Shown here: piece after piece, positions 26,177 to 36,303 of the stretch
Position numbering within the stretch: the stretch's first letter is position 1
How the letters are laid out: every line of letters begins with the position of its first letter
IMG/VR virus record: IMGVR_UViG_3300021400_000347
Coordinates: 68,917 to 132,916 of that record
Source: a virus
Taxonomy: Duplodnaviria > Caudoviricetes
Reading direction: 5' to 3' (one strand)
DNA length: 64,000 bases
The notes under the pieces: generated by a model
What the model saw: the letters and a program-made list of their open reading frames with translations, nothing else
Database searches by the model: none
Told to the model about the DNA's origin: nothing
Program-made: the position numbers and the translations under genes

Positions 26177-26285
26177 AATAGTACCATATATAAAAGGCAC
26201 CTTTTCCACCATCCTTATTATACAGGATAAAAGTCAAGTTGTCAATAGGTTTTTTAAAAATAATCAAAAAAAAGAGGATGGGCAT

Positions 26286-26633
26286 TTATTCGCCCATCCA
26301 CATCTGTACCACTTCCATACCGCCAAATCCCGCATAGCGCGCCTCTACAATCATATCGTCCTTTACGCTTGCGCTATAGTTATCAAACATAATCATTGAC
26401 ACGAAATCGCCCACGGTGTAATCTTCCACGCCTTCCATAATCCACACCATACCAGCGGCGTCCACCATAACCACGATATCCTCTTCCACGCTGATCTCGG
26501 TGATGATTGCCATATGGGAGTAAAGGTGATTATAGTCAAGAGTCACATCAGGGAGAAACACAGTAGCGGACGCGGTGGAGATGGTCAGGATGGCAATCAG
26601 GGCGAGGGTCAGGGCAATCAGCTTTTTCATCAT
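26286..26633 (-). CDS. Secreted/membrane protein, paralog family A (copy 1)
   Basis: Signal peptide MKKLIALTLALIAIL; shared VDAAG...EDxxxGD.VS..MFDN...DD motif. Confidence 0.75.
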   Translation of the reverse strand: MMKKLIALTLALIAILTISTASATVFLPDVTLDYNHLYSHMAIITEISVEEDIVVMVDAAGMVWIMEGVEDYTVGDFVSMIMFDNYSASVKDDMIVEARYAGFGGMEVVQMWMGE

Positions 26634-26722
26634 TGTTTCAAGTCCTTTCCGGTTTTAAGGGTTTTCCTTCCCTTCTTGACAAGTCAATTATAGCATATGG
26701 AAACCGGTTTGTCAATAGGTTT

Positions 26723-26986
26723 TTATCCACAAAATGAATCTGTGGATAACTTTTTTCTGTGGATAACTTTTGCGCTCCTCCACCCGTGAAAACATAGACG
26801 TAGTGCGGCTTTCCAGACGCGCGCAAACATAGGCACAGTGCGGCCGGGCCGGCCACCACAGCAAAATAATAGAGACCCTTAAAAAAAGGGTCTCCTCCAC
26901 CGTCCTTATTATAGCGCCTTTTTGTCAATCTGTCAAGGGGTATTTATCCACAAAATTAATCTGTGGATAACTTTTCCTGTGGATAA
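26723..26986. promoter_or_regulatory. Two triplets of perfect DnaA boxes
   Basis: TTATCCACA at 26723 and 26944; TGTGGATAA at 26741, 26758, 26962 and 26978. Confidence 0.85.
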
Positions 26987-27141
26987 CTTTTAGCGCAAAA
27001 GTTAGTTATAACTAACCATATTACTTTAACAGGCTAAAGTTTGTTAAACTTTTAACAATCTTGCGCGCGCAAAAGAAAAGGGCGCAAGCCCTTTTAGAAT
27101 GCGGTTTTCCCGCGCCGGCCTGAGCGAGGTGTGGCGCGGTT

Positions 27142-27333
27142 TTACCCGCGCCGCGCCACCACGACCGCCAGCACAATCAGCACCACCGCAAGCGCCGTGG
27201 AGATCCACAACGGAGCCAGCACCCAGACCCACGCCCAGTCGATGACGCCGCACAGTTTCAGGACGATGAAGGCAATGGTCAGGAGACCGGTAAAGCCGAT
27301 GCCGCCGCGGGTGTTGTTCTCGTTCTTCTTCAT
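27142..27333 (-). CDS. Small two-helix membrane protein
   Basis: GGIGFTGLLTIAFIVLKL.GVIDW.W.WVLAPLW, a pattern common in phage membrane proteins; own promoter. Confidence 0.75.
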   Translation of the reverse strand: MKKNENNTRGGIGFTGLLTIAFIVLKLCGVIDWAWVWVLAPLWISTALAVVLIVLAVVVARRG

Positions 27334-27829
27334 TGTGATGTTCCTCCTCTTCTTTTCCGGGGCTTCTCTCTCCCCGTGACTATATACTAGCATATCGGCC
27401 GGCTTTTGTCAATACCTTTTTTTCATTCAGGGACAACTTTTTTTCACCCTCCACCAGTTAGTTATGACTAACTTATATCCTCACTTCCCCCTCCTCCACC
27501 ACTATCATTATAGCAAATAGAAGTCAACTTGTCAAGAGGTTTTTGAAAAATCGTGTAAACCCTTATTTTAAGCCATTCAGGCCAGGTCGAGCCGGCCAGA
27601 GTAAACAAAAGAGAGCTTTTCAGCCCTCTTCCTCCGGGTGCTCCTCCAGCCACCGCCGCAGCGCTTCCTCTTCTTCCAGCCGATCCTCCATCAATTCCAC
27701 GTCCGTATAGTACATTCTCTCGTCCTCCTCTTCTGTAGGGCTTTCCTCCCCACGACTATATATTAGCATATCGGCCGGCTTTTGTCAACCCTTTTCCGCA
27801 ACTTTTTTAGAAAAAGAAAAGGGCTTTTT

Positions 27830-28075
27830 TCAGCCCTTTTCCTCCAGGTCACCCCACGGGGAGATTATGAACCATTCCATTTCACCCTCCGGATCGTCCC
27901 GCCGCTCTTCCTCCATCCGGATCCGCGCGTCCTCAATGGTTTCATCGGAACCCATGATCCACCAGTTATCGGCATCCTGTACACAGATAACCACATACCG
28001 CTCACAATTCATCAGGTCGTGCTCCATCCATCCATTCACTTTCAGGGTCTTGCGGCCGGTCAGCTTAATCTTCAT
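27830..28075 (-). CDS. Hypothetical early protein
   Basis: Own promoter, RBS and terminator. Confidence 0.7.
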   Translation of the reverse strand: MKIKLTGRKTLKVNGWMEHDLMNCERYVVICVQDADNWWIMGSDETIEDARIRMEEERRDDPEGEMEWFIISPWGDLEEKG

Positions 28076-28173
28076 TGTTCTTTCCTTCTTTCTTTTCTGT
28101 CAGGGCTCTTTCCCTCCCTGCAAGTATATAATAGCATAGTCGCCGGCTTTTGTCAAGTACTTTTTTCAAAAAG

Positions 28174-28218
28174 TTATCCACAGATTTTGCCTGTGGATAA
28201 CTTAAGGTTGTGGATAAC
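28174..28218. promoter_or_regulatory. DnaA box triplet
   Basis: TTATCCACA 28174; TGTGGATAA 28192 and 28210. Confidence 0.85.
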
Positions 28219-28397
28219 TTTGCGCGCAAAGTTAGTTATAACTAACCTATATATAGTTGCCCCTCCTCCACCGTCCTCATTATAGCATATAAAAGTCAAG
28301 TTGTCAATACCTTTTTTAAAAAACGTGGAAAAGCGCATTGCGCCTTGATCTGGCCGGCCGGCCTGAGCCAATAAAAAAGCGCCTTTCGGCGCTTTCC

Positions 28398-28700
28398 TCA
28401 GCAGTAGATGAGGCTCATATCCGCCCACTTAAGAACAGAAATCTGATTGTGGGCGCGTCCGATTTCAAGAGCGGCTTTTTTCGTAGCAACGCGGAAGGAG
28501 TGATCCACATAATACACACCATCGGAGAACCAGATCCCGCAATCGCCGTTCATATCCTCCACCGCTTTGATCGTCTCTTCCACCGTGCGGCACTCCACAC
28601 CGTGATCCGCAACCTGATAGCCGCTTTTGTAGGTAATGGGCTTGCCGTGCCGCAGGGTCAGACCGTCGTTATTGTGAAGGTTCGCAATCAGGTTCTTCAT
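28398..28700 (-). CDS. Hypothetical early protein
   Basis: Own promoter, RBS, terminator hairpin. Confidence 0.7.
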   Translation of the reverse strand: MKNLIANLHNNDGLTLRHGKPITYKSGYQVADHGVECRTVEETIKAVEDMNGDCGIWFSDGVYYVDHSFRVATKKAALEIGRAHNQISVLKWADMSLIYC

Positions 28701-28779
28701 TGTTTCCGTCCCCTTTCCTTTGGTACGTCTGTATTATAGCATACCAAAGCCGGCTTGTCAAGGGGTTTTTGAAAAAAAG

Positions 28780-28824
28780 TTATCCACAGATTTCTCCTGT
28801 GGATAACTTTTGCCTGTGGATAAC
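28780..28824. promoter_or_regulatory. DnaA box triplet
   Basis: TTATCCACA 28780; TGTGGATAA 28798 and 28816. Confidence 0.85.
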
Positions 28825-29367
28825 TTTGGAGTTAGTCAAGACTAACCTATGTTTTCACTCCCCTCCTCCACCATCCACATTATAGCATATAGGCAAGCGC
28901 TTGTCAAGAGGTTTTTGAAAAAAACTTGCGCGCGGAGTTAGTTATGACTAACCGGGGTATTTTCGGGCCGGCCAGAGCAAATAAAAACGCGGGTTTGCGA
29001 ACCCGCGTAGAGCAAGGGTTTTAGCCCTTTTTGTTGTTCAGGGGCTTGCGGCCAAGGGGCGCGCAATTGCGCCAGGTGTTGGAAACGGTGACGATCAGCA
29101 GGGCCTTGACGGTGTTGCGGTTGGAGTTGGTGATCTTCCACATTGTTCATTCTCCTCTCTTTTCCGGTGGGTTCCTCCCTCCCGGTGACTATATATTAGC
29201 ATATTCGAGCCGGTTTGTCAATAGGGAAAATCACTTTTTTTCAACTTTTTTTGCCGTGGTTAGTCAAGACTAACTTATGCCCTCGCTCCCCTCCTCCACC
29301 GTCCACATTATAGCATAGCCCAGCCGGTTTGTCAAGACCTTTTTCTAGTTATAAAAAAAGAACCTTT

Positions 29368-29805
29368 TTACAGGTTCTTCAGCACTTCCATAATCTGGCA
29401 AGGCTCATAAGCTTTTCCGTTTTTCCAAGCGTTGCGGTTGGGCGTCTCGTCATCAAACAGGATGGAATCCGCGCCGCCGCAAACCGTCCATTTATTTACC
29501 CCATAGGGCACGATATGGATGGAGTCAAAATGTACGCTTGCGAGGTGCTTTTTCAGCCATACCAGTTTAGCCATTGTCACGGCCTTGTCATAATCCGCGG
29601 TGCTGTACTTGCTAAGCCAGCTGATCACGGTGATCTTGTGGCCTTCCGCCTGCAGGCGGTTCAGCTTGCGCGCAAGGGTGGAAAGATTCACCAGCGGCTT
29701 TGCTACCTGATAGGGAATAGGGCTATAATTGTTAAGATAATCAAGCCAGTTTTCCACGCCGTACAGGTTAGCAAGGGTTCCGTCAAGGTCGAAGCAGATG
29801 TTCAT
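29368..29805 (-). CDS. HAD-family phosphatase (5'(3')-deoxyribonucleotidase-like), copy 1
   Basis: FDLDGT motif I, conserved Lys, ILFDD motif IV. Confidence 0.8.
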   Translation of the reverse strand: MNICFDLDGTLANLYGVENWLDYLNNYSPIPYQVAKPLVNLSTLARKLNRLQAEGHKITVISWLSKYSTADYDKAVTMAKLVWLKKHLASVHFDSIHIVPYGVNKWTVCGGADSILFDDETPNRNAWKNGKAYEPCQIMEVLKNL

Positions 29806-30036
29806 CGTGGGCCCTCCCTTCTTTACGGTTACATTATACACGATAGACCGGCTTTTGTCAAGGGGTTTTTAAAAAAAAATTAGGGGTTGACAACTTGACT
29901 TTTATATGGTATAATATAATGGGGGAGTGAGGACTATAGTTAGTTATGACTAACTCCGCGCGGGCCCGGCCTGGGCGCGCGGCCCTCCTCCACCGTCCTT
30001 ATTGTATCACACTTTTGTCAAGTTGTCAAGGGGTAT

Positions 30037-30103
30037 TTATCCACAAAGTTATCCACAGGCGTATGAAGTTATCCACAAGGGTTGTGGATAATTCTGTGGA
30101 TAA
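30037..30103. promoter_or_regulatory. Five DnaA boxes between divergent promoters
   Basis: TTATCCACA at 30037, 30049 and 30069; TGTGGATAA at 30083 and 30095. Confidence 0.85.
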
Positions 30104-30197
30104 CTTTTTCAAAAAACCTATTGACAAATCGCCGCCCATATGCTACTATATCATTGTCAGCCGGGGAGACCGGAGACAAGAGAGGAGATAGAAAACA

Positions 30198-30500
30198 ATG
30201 ATGAGCAAAGCCACCGCCAACTCCATCGCCACCGCGCGCGCCGCCTTCGGTACCCGGGAGTTCACCATCCACGAGTGGGACGCCCTCCATACGGGCTCTC
30301 GGCTGGAAACCGTTGTCTACCACGGGGGAGCTGAGCGCATTACCCGCACCACCCGCCAGTATTACACCGTGGCCGAGCTGGTGGAGCACCTCAACGACTG
30401 CGCTGGCGAGGACTGCTACGGCTGCGACTGGTACTACCAGCTGGACGCTGACGGTCGCGCCTATCAGGACTTCACCACCACCACCTACCGGATGACCTGA
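30198..30500 (+). CDS. Hypothetical protein (against the local strand trend)
   Basis: TTGACA/TACTAT promoter, GAGGAG RBS, GC3-rich codons, terminator. Confidence 0.7.
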   Translation: MMSKATANSIATARAAFGTREFTIHEWDALHTGSRLETVVYHGGAERITRTTRQYYTVAELVEHLNDCAGEDCYGCDWYYQLDADGRAYQDFTTTTYRMT

Positions 30501-30858
30501 GAGGGCGCCGCCCCTCTCAAAGCTGCCGCAAGGCAGCTTTTTTTCGCAGCTGGATAACGGGCCGGTTAGTCATAACTAACTCATCGGGCCGGCTGGCCTG
30601 AATAAAAGGCCTCCTCCACCATCCTTATTGTAGCATAAAAAGTCAAGCTTGTCAAGGAGGTTTTTAAAAAAACTTTTTCACAAAAAACCCTTGACAAAAG
30701 CGCCCTGATATGCTAATATAATAGTCGCAGGGAGGACCGCCCTCCCACCCTTAAGGGGCTCAGGCAGTTCGGCTGTCGAGCGGGGTAAAGCGGCGGGGAA
30801 GGTGCGCAAGCGCCTTTTTCTTTGCGCGGGCCGGCCGAGCTGGACTAAAAAAAGGCTG

Positions 30859-31002
30859 TCAGTCCTCCAGCTGACGGCCCTTGTGCTTGGGCGGCTTCCG
30901 CCGCTTGTCAGGGATAACGCGGGTGACAGGATTGACGTTGCCCCAGCTTCCCCGCATACCCTTCAGGATCTCCACCTGAGTCTTGACCTTGTTCTTCTTC
31001 AT
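30859..31002 (-). CDS. 47-aa basic peptide (copy 1), not in ORF track
   Basis: MKKNKVKTQVEILKGMRGSWGNVNPVTRVIPDKRRKPPKHKGRQLED; own promoter and RBS; paralog at 40791. Confidence 0.75.
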   Translation of the reverse strand: MKKNKVKTQVEILKGMRGSWGNVNPVTRVIPDKRRKPPKHKGRQLED

Positions 31003-31099
31003 TGCTTTCCCCTCCTGTTCTTTGGTACGGTCTTATAGTATCACATCCCGGCTAATTTGTCAAGTGGTTTTTCAAAAAAAAAAGCACTCTTGCGAGTGC

Positions 31100-31258
31100 T
31101 TACAGGTCGGGGTTTTCCATCATCACGCCGCCGATGGACTCGGCCACCTCGAGCGCCTTGTGGGCGTCATCCCAAGCGCCCCAGAAGTAGGTGTCACCGT
31201 CAACGCGGCGGCCAACCCAGTAACGGAGAGTGTAGGCGTAAGTAGGAACGTTCATCAT
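31100..31258 (-). CDS. Small protein, VDGD/WGA family (copy 1)
   Basis: NVP..AY...R.VDGD...WGA..D..KA...A..IGG shared with 38464-38649. Confidence 0.7.
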   Translation of the reverse strand: MMNVPTYAYTLRYWVGRRVDGDTYFWGAWDDAHKALEVAESIGGVMMENPDL

Positions 31259-32002
31259 GTGGTAACCCTTCCTTTCTTGTGGAGGTTTCCCCTCCTGACA
31301 ATGTAATAGTAGCACATCCCGGCCGATTTGTCAAGCCCTTTTTGAAAAAAACTTTTTCTAAAAAACCCCTTGACTTTTTCAATGGTTTGTAGTACTATAT
31401 AGTCACAGGGAGGAAGGTTCTCACCCCGAACGGCACCTCCCCTGAGCCTACCTCCACAAGGGGTCGAGTACAAGGGCTCTCAAAGATGAACAAAAAAAGG
31501 TTGTGGGGCGCGGAGTCTGGAAGGACTCCATTCTTATGTGGCAGGAGTTAGTTATGACTAACCGACGGGCCCGTCGATGAGCCAGCCCGACGATGGCTCT
31601 CCTCCACCATCCTTATTATAGCATAGCGAATGCGGTTTGTCAAGGGGTTTTTACAAAAAAAAAGTGGGGCGATGTTGCTCCCCTAGGCTTCGGGAAGTGG
31701 TCAATGGAGAACCTTGACCACAATCCCGTGGCAATCGGTGATGAGGTCAATGACCTCATCCCAGAGGTCATTCGCCTCAATCCACCGAACCGCCGCCCAG
31801 TGGTGCTGCCCCACCACGCGGTCGCTCAGGTACATTGCGCAATCTCCTTTCCGGAGGCGGGTCATCTCCCGCTCCCTTGGTACGGTCTTATTGTAGCACA
31901 CTTTTGCCGGCTTGTCAACCCTTTTTTCAAACTTTTTTCAACCGGCCTGAGCCAGCGCCTATGCGGGTTTTCACGACCGGCCCGGCCAAGCAGTGGGGCG
32001 GC

Positions 32003-32164
32003 TTAGCGCCGCCACACCACCGCGTGAATCGTGAACGCCTGAACCTCCCACGGTTCGCCGCTCGTAGCGGCGCGCACGCGCGCGGCCTCCACGGCCTCGG
32101 CCTCGGTCCAGTAGGTCACGCCGCCATAGAACCCGCCGCAATGAATCCGGAAGTAAGTCATCAT
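32003..32164 (-). CDS. Small hypothetical protein
   Basis: Promoter and GAGGAGG RBS. Confidence 0.6.
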   Translation of the reverse strand: MMTYFRIHCGGFYGGVTYWTEAEAVEAARVRAATSGEPWEVQAFTIHAVVWRR

Positions 32165-32349
32165 TTTCGTTTCCTCCTCTGTTTTCCGGGGTCTCTCCCG
32201 GTGTCTATATACTAGCACATTTTACCCGGCTTGTCAAGTACTTTTTTCAAACTTTTGTAAACCCAGGTGGCAAGCCCATCGGGCCGGCCCGCTGACACCC
32301 CAGTTAGTTATGACTAACTCTTTCTCAAAAGAAAAGGGCTTGTCAGCCC

Positions 32350-32553
32350 TTACAGCGCCCAGCGCGGAATATACACCAGCTCATAGACGCCATCATCGTC
32401 CACGCCCACGCCCACTGCGTGGTCATCCTGCCAAATAGTCATCTCCCGCCAAGTCACACCATCCTCTTCCCCAGGAGTGTCCTCCAGAATCTCCCAGCCG
32501 TTGGTCTCCACCATCCGCAGAATCTGCTCATAGGTCATGCCGCGCTCAATCAT
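32350..32553 (-). CDS. Small acidic protein
   Basis: Promoter, AGGAGG RBS, terminator. Confidence 0.65.
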   Translation of the reverse strand: MIERGMTYEQILRMVETNGWEILEDTPGEEDGVTWREMTIWQDDHAVGVGVDDDGVYELVYIPRWAL

Positions 32554-32667
32554 TTTTGTTTCCTCCTTTTTCTTACCGGGCTCCTCCCGGTGACTATATA
32601 TTATCATATCCGGGAGGAATTGTCAAGCGTTTTTTGAAATTTTTTCAATCTGGCGGGACGCCCTGTC

Positions 32668-32850
32668 TCAGGTGACAGGGCGGTAGTCCTCCACAACTTC
32701 CACGGTCAGCCACGGCTCATAAGCCTTTTCGGCCGCCATTTTAGCTTCTTCCTCCGTAGCATACTCCCCGATATCAAACCACGGATTAGGAGCGAAATGG
32801 GGATCACTATACCACTGACCGATGACTTTCCAAACCTTTTTGTACAGCAT
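32668..32850 (-). CDS. Small hypothetical protein
   Basis: Promoter and AGGAGG RBS. Confidence 0.65.
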   Translation of the reverse strand: MLYKKVWKVIGQWYSDPHFAPNPWFDIGEYATEEEAKMAAEKAYEPWLTVEVVEDYRPVT

Positions 32851-33166
32851 TTTTCGTTTCCTCCTTTATTCTACCGGGTTCCTTCCCGGTGTCTATATAG
32901 TACCATAGTCAAGGGGTTTTGTCAACCCCTTTTTTCACTTTTTTTGAAAAGAAAAAAATCGCAAAAACCCCTTGACAAACCTCCACCGGTATGGTATAAT
33001 ACAATCGCACCGGAGGGAGAGACAGGGGAGAGTGAAGGCATTAGTTAGTTATGACTAACTCAACGGGCCGGCCAAGTTAGTTATGACTAACTGGGGTATT
33101 AGAAAACCGCCAAAGCCAGTCAGGGTGCGGCTTTGGCGAGCCCGGGAAACCAAGGCGTGGTGCAGC

Positions 33167-33433
33167 TTACCGCACCTCCACCTCCTCCACATAGTAGGTC
33201 CAAGTCCACGAGGTGGTAAGGATAACCATCCGATCCATCAGGTTCTTCACCGTCACCACCGCGTCCCGCTCATAGTAGAAGCGATCGGTGTGGGAGTCCC
33301 GCACAGTGACCTTTTTCGCGCTGTCCATCAGCGCAAGCAGATACCCATACACCTTGCGCTTGCTGGTGAACACCGCCACCCGCTCATCCACCCGATAGGA
33401 ATCACGCCGCCGCAGAACATACACCTTCGTCAT
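33167..33433 (-). CDS. Hypothetical protein
   Basis: Promoter and GAGGAGG RBS. Confidence 0.65.
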   Translation of the reverse strand: MTKVYVLRRRDSYRVDERVAVFTSKRKVYGYLLALMDSAKKVTVRDSHTDRFYYERDAVVTVKNLMDRMVILTTSWTWTYYVEEVEVR

Positions 33434-34089
33434 TTTCGTTTCCTCCTCTTGTGGTGGGCTTTCTGCCCCTCTCCACGGTCTTATTGTAGCATATCCCGGT
33501 CAGTTTGTCAAGGGGTTTTTGAAACTTTTTTTCGGGGTGGAGGGGAGGGCTTAGCCCTCCTCCTCCTGCTCCTCCCGGAGGCGCTCCCGCTCCTCCTCCG
33601 TGAGTTCGGCCCAGAAGATATCGTCCCAAGTCTCGAGCATCTTGCTCCCTCCTCTCTACGGTCTTATCTTACCACATCTGCCGGGTTTTGTCAAGTACTT
33701 TTTTGAAACTTTTTTTGAAGTCTTCCATCCCGCCGTTGCCCCAGTACACCCAAATCATTGCGGCGGCCCAGCCGAGAATCACGGTGGCAATCAGGATAAC
33801 GTCCAGCATCTTGTTTCCTCCTTCCCTTTGGTACGTCCTTATTGTAGCATATAGCCGGCTATTTGTCAAGCGGTTTTTGAAAATCTTTTTTTCAAAAAAC
33901 CCCTTGACAAGATGGGCGCGGTATGATAGTATATAGTTGCACCGGGAAATGGAGAGACAGGGGAGAGTGAATCCATCGGTTAGTCAAGACTAACTCGGCC
34001 GGCCTGGCGCAAGTTAGTTATGACTAACCGCGGATCCAGAAAACGACCAAAGCCGCATTCCTGCTGGCTCTGGCCGGCCCGGAAAAGGC

Positions 34090-34410
34090 TTACAGGTCGT
34101 CCCCATAAGCCTCCTCCACGCAGCAGGAGCACACGCAATGCCCATCCGCGCAAGCCCACCAACCGACATCAAAGAAGTCGACCTTCTCGCCACACTCTTC
34201 ACAAGTGAAGCACTTGTTACCGCGGATCCCGCCGCCCACAGAGTAGAACAACTCCCGATAGCGCTCGGTCCGGACGATATCATCGTAGGAGCGCCGTACC
34301 ATCTGACCGTGCCGCTTGTAATAGTGGGGCACCCGCTGGGTCTTCTTCTCCTCTTCCTTCATCTCGTCCACCAGCGCGAACACCTTGCGAATCTCAGCCG
34401 TCATCTTCAT
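34090..34410 (-). CDS. Zn-finger-like protein
   Basis: CEEC...CSCC; promoter and RBS. Confidence 0.65.
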   Translation of the reverse strand: MKMTAEIRKVFALVDEMKEEEKKTQRVPHYYKRHGQMVRRSYDDIVRTERYRELFYSVGGGIRGNKCFTCEECGEKVDFFDVGWWACADGHCVCSCCVEEAYGDDL

Positions 34411-34798
34411 TGTTGTTTCCTCCTCTTTCTTTCCCGGGTTCCTTCCACCCGGTGACTATATACTAGCACATCCAGTGCGATTTGTCAAGGGGTTTGAGCA
34501 CTTTTTTTTGGAGGACCTTCGCACCCTTTTGGGCACCCTTTAGGAGTTGCTCATCTCCCACTGTCATCATTGTAGCACAGTCAAGCCGATTTGTCAACCC
34601 CTTTTTTCACTTTTTTATTTTCAAAAAACCTATTGACAAAACCCTCCCCATATGCTATAATTAAGGCGCACCGAAACGGAGAGACAGGGGGAAGTGAAGG
34701 GGTAAGTTAGTCAAGACTAACTCTACCGGGCCCGGCCGGCCTGCCGAGTTAGTTATAACTAACTCGAATCCAAAGAAAAAAGCGCCTGGGGCGCTTTT

Positions 34799-35143
34799 TT
34801 ACTCCATCCGGCTCTTCCATTCATTCATAAGGTCAAGCCCGCCAAATCCCGCATAGTACGCCACCATCACGGTATCATCGGTTACCCCATCCGTGAAGTT
34901 GTCAAACATCATCAGGGAAACCAAATCACCCTCGATCCAGTCCTCCGCGTCCGGAAAAATCCATTCAAGTCCAGCCGCGTCAACACAGCGGACAAAATCT
35001 TCATAGCGGTTTACCTCGATCACGATCGCGGTATTGGGATACAGGCGATCCGCGTCAAGCGTGAAACGGTACTCATACGCGCAAGCGGTGGAGATAGACA
35101 GGACAAGGGTCAGAGTCAGGATAACGGCGATCAGATTCTTCAT
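34799..35143 (-). CDS. Secreted/membrane protein, family A (copy 2)
   Basis: Signal peptide and family A motif. Confidence 0.75.
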   Translation of the reverse strand: MKNLIAVILTLTLVLSISTACAYEYRFTLDADRLYPNTAIVIEVNRYEDFVRCVDAAGLEWIFPDAEDWIEGDLVSLMMFDNFTDGVTDDTVMVAYYAGFGGLDLMNEWKSRME

Positions 35144-35221
35144 TGTTTCAATCTCCTTTTCTTTCCGGGTTCCCTCCCGGTGACTATATAGTAGCATATC
35201 CGGGGAAAGAAGTCAACAGAG

Positions 35222-35265
35222 TTATCCACATAATTTGCCTGTGGATAACTTTATCCTGTGGATAA
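35222..35265. promoter_or_regulatory. DnaA box triplet
   Basis: TTATCCACA 35222; TGTGGATAA 35240 and 35257. Confidence 0.85.
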
Positions 35266-35364
35266 CTTTTTTTCACTGGCCGGCCAAAAAGTACTTGACA
35301 AGCGCGTCCGGATATGCTATTATATACTTGCACCGGAACGGAGGGACAGGGGGGAGTGACGAGA

Positions 35365-35790
35365 TGAGTTAGTCAAGACTAACTGTGTTATTTTTTTAAC
35401 AATGTCTAGCAGGCCCGCCGAGTTAGTTCAGACTAACTAACTTTAGCGCGCTAAAGCGTTACGCTTTAACGTATTAAAGCGGGCCCGGAGTTAGTTCAGA
35501 CTAACTAACTATGAGATACTTCACTTGCCGAGGTATATCGGCTGTCGATATACTTCACCTGCCGAGGTACCTCACTTTAGCGCGTTAAAGTGTTAAAGTT
35601 AGCCGTGCCTAACTTTAACGCATTAAAGTGTTGAAGTTAGCCGACCCTAACTTTAGCGCATTAAAGCGTTAAAGGTCAAAGTCAGTCAAATGTTACAGAA
35701 GTATTACAGAAGTGTTACAACCCGTCTCTAATTTGTTTAACATTTCTTAATACTTTATTCACAAATCTGTAACACTTTCTTAACAAAAAG
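35365..35790. repeat. Central concatenation of diverse operator-like motifs at the strand-switch point
   Basis: Five GTTAG-N6-CTAAC, five CTTTA-N6-TAAAG, two TACTTCACYTGCCGAGGTA, GGTCAAAGTCAGTCAAA, and two runs of roughly 11-bp-period direct repeats. Confidence 0.85.
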
Positions 35791-35856
35791 GGCTTGACAA
35801 GGTGGCCGGCATACTGTATAATAGGCACGTAAGATGAAGCAAGGGAGGCCACCTCG

Positions 35857-36303
35857 ATGGAGTACAAGATGGAGATGCTCAACACCTACAACGCGCGCAA
35901 CGCGGCGGACGCCTATGTTCTCGGCTTTACGCTTGACGGCTGGCTGTATCGGATCGAGCTGGCGGAGATCCCCGCCCATATGGTGGGTATGACCCGGATG
36001 AGCTCGGCTAAGGGCGGGTTCCGCAAGATCCGCGTCAAGCTGAACAAGGCCGCAAAGCTGGAGCTCATCGCAATGGGCGCGGAGCTGATGGGCCCTGCCT
36101 CCCTGCTGGAGCAGGACGCCGCCCACAACCGCGGCGAGAACTTCGAGCGGCTGGTGGCCGAGGCCGCTGGAAAGACCTGGGTCAAGGACTCCGTTCCCTT
36201 CTGGGTGGCCGGTGACCTCCGGGTGAACGGCCGGGAGCTCCAGATCAAGCTCGATGGCGCCGAGCTGGCAAACGAGCGGAGCCTGGCGCGGGCGATGGCC
36301 TAA
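35857..36303 (+). CDS. PD-(D/E)xK nuclease-like protein, family B (copy 1)
   Basis: GENFER ... VAGDL ... ELQIK pattern (E...D...QxK). Confidence 0.55.
   Translation: MEYKMEMLNTYNARNAADAYVLGFTLDGWLYRIELAEIPAHMVGMTRMSSAKGGFRKIRVKLNKAAKLELIAMGAELMGPASLLEQDAAHNRGENFERLVAEAAGKTWVKDSVPFWVAGDLRVNGRELQIKLDGAELANERSLARAMA

Noticed and set aside
25705-26285. Cys-rich and His/Thr-rich ORFs in several frames
   Set aside because: Open frames result from the repeat lacking stop codons; not accepted as genes without expression data.
31083-31101. CIRCE (HrcA) element AGCACTC...GAGTGCT
   Set aside because: Spacer is 4 nt rather than 9, and it sits at a gene end with a T-tract, so it is a terminator.
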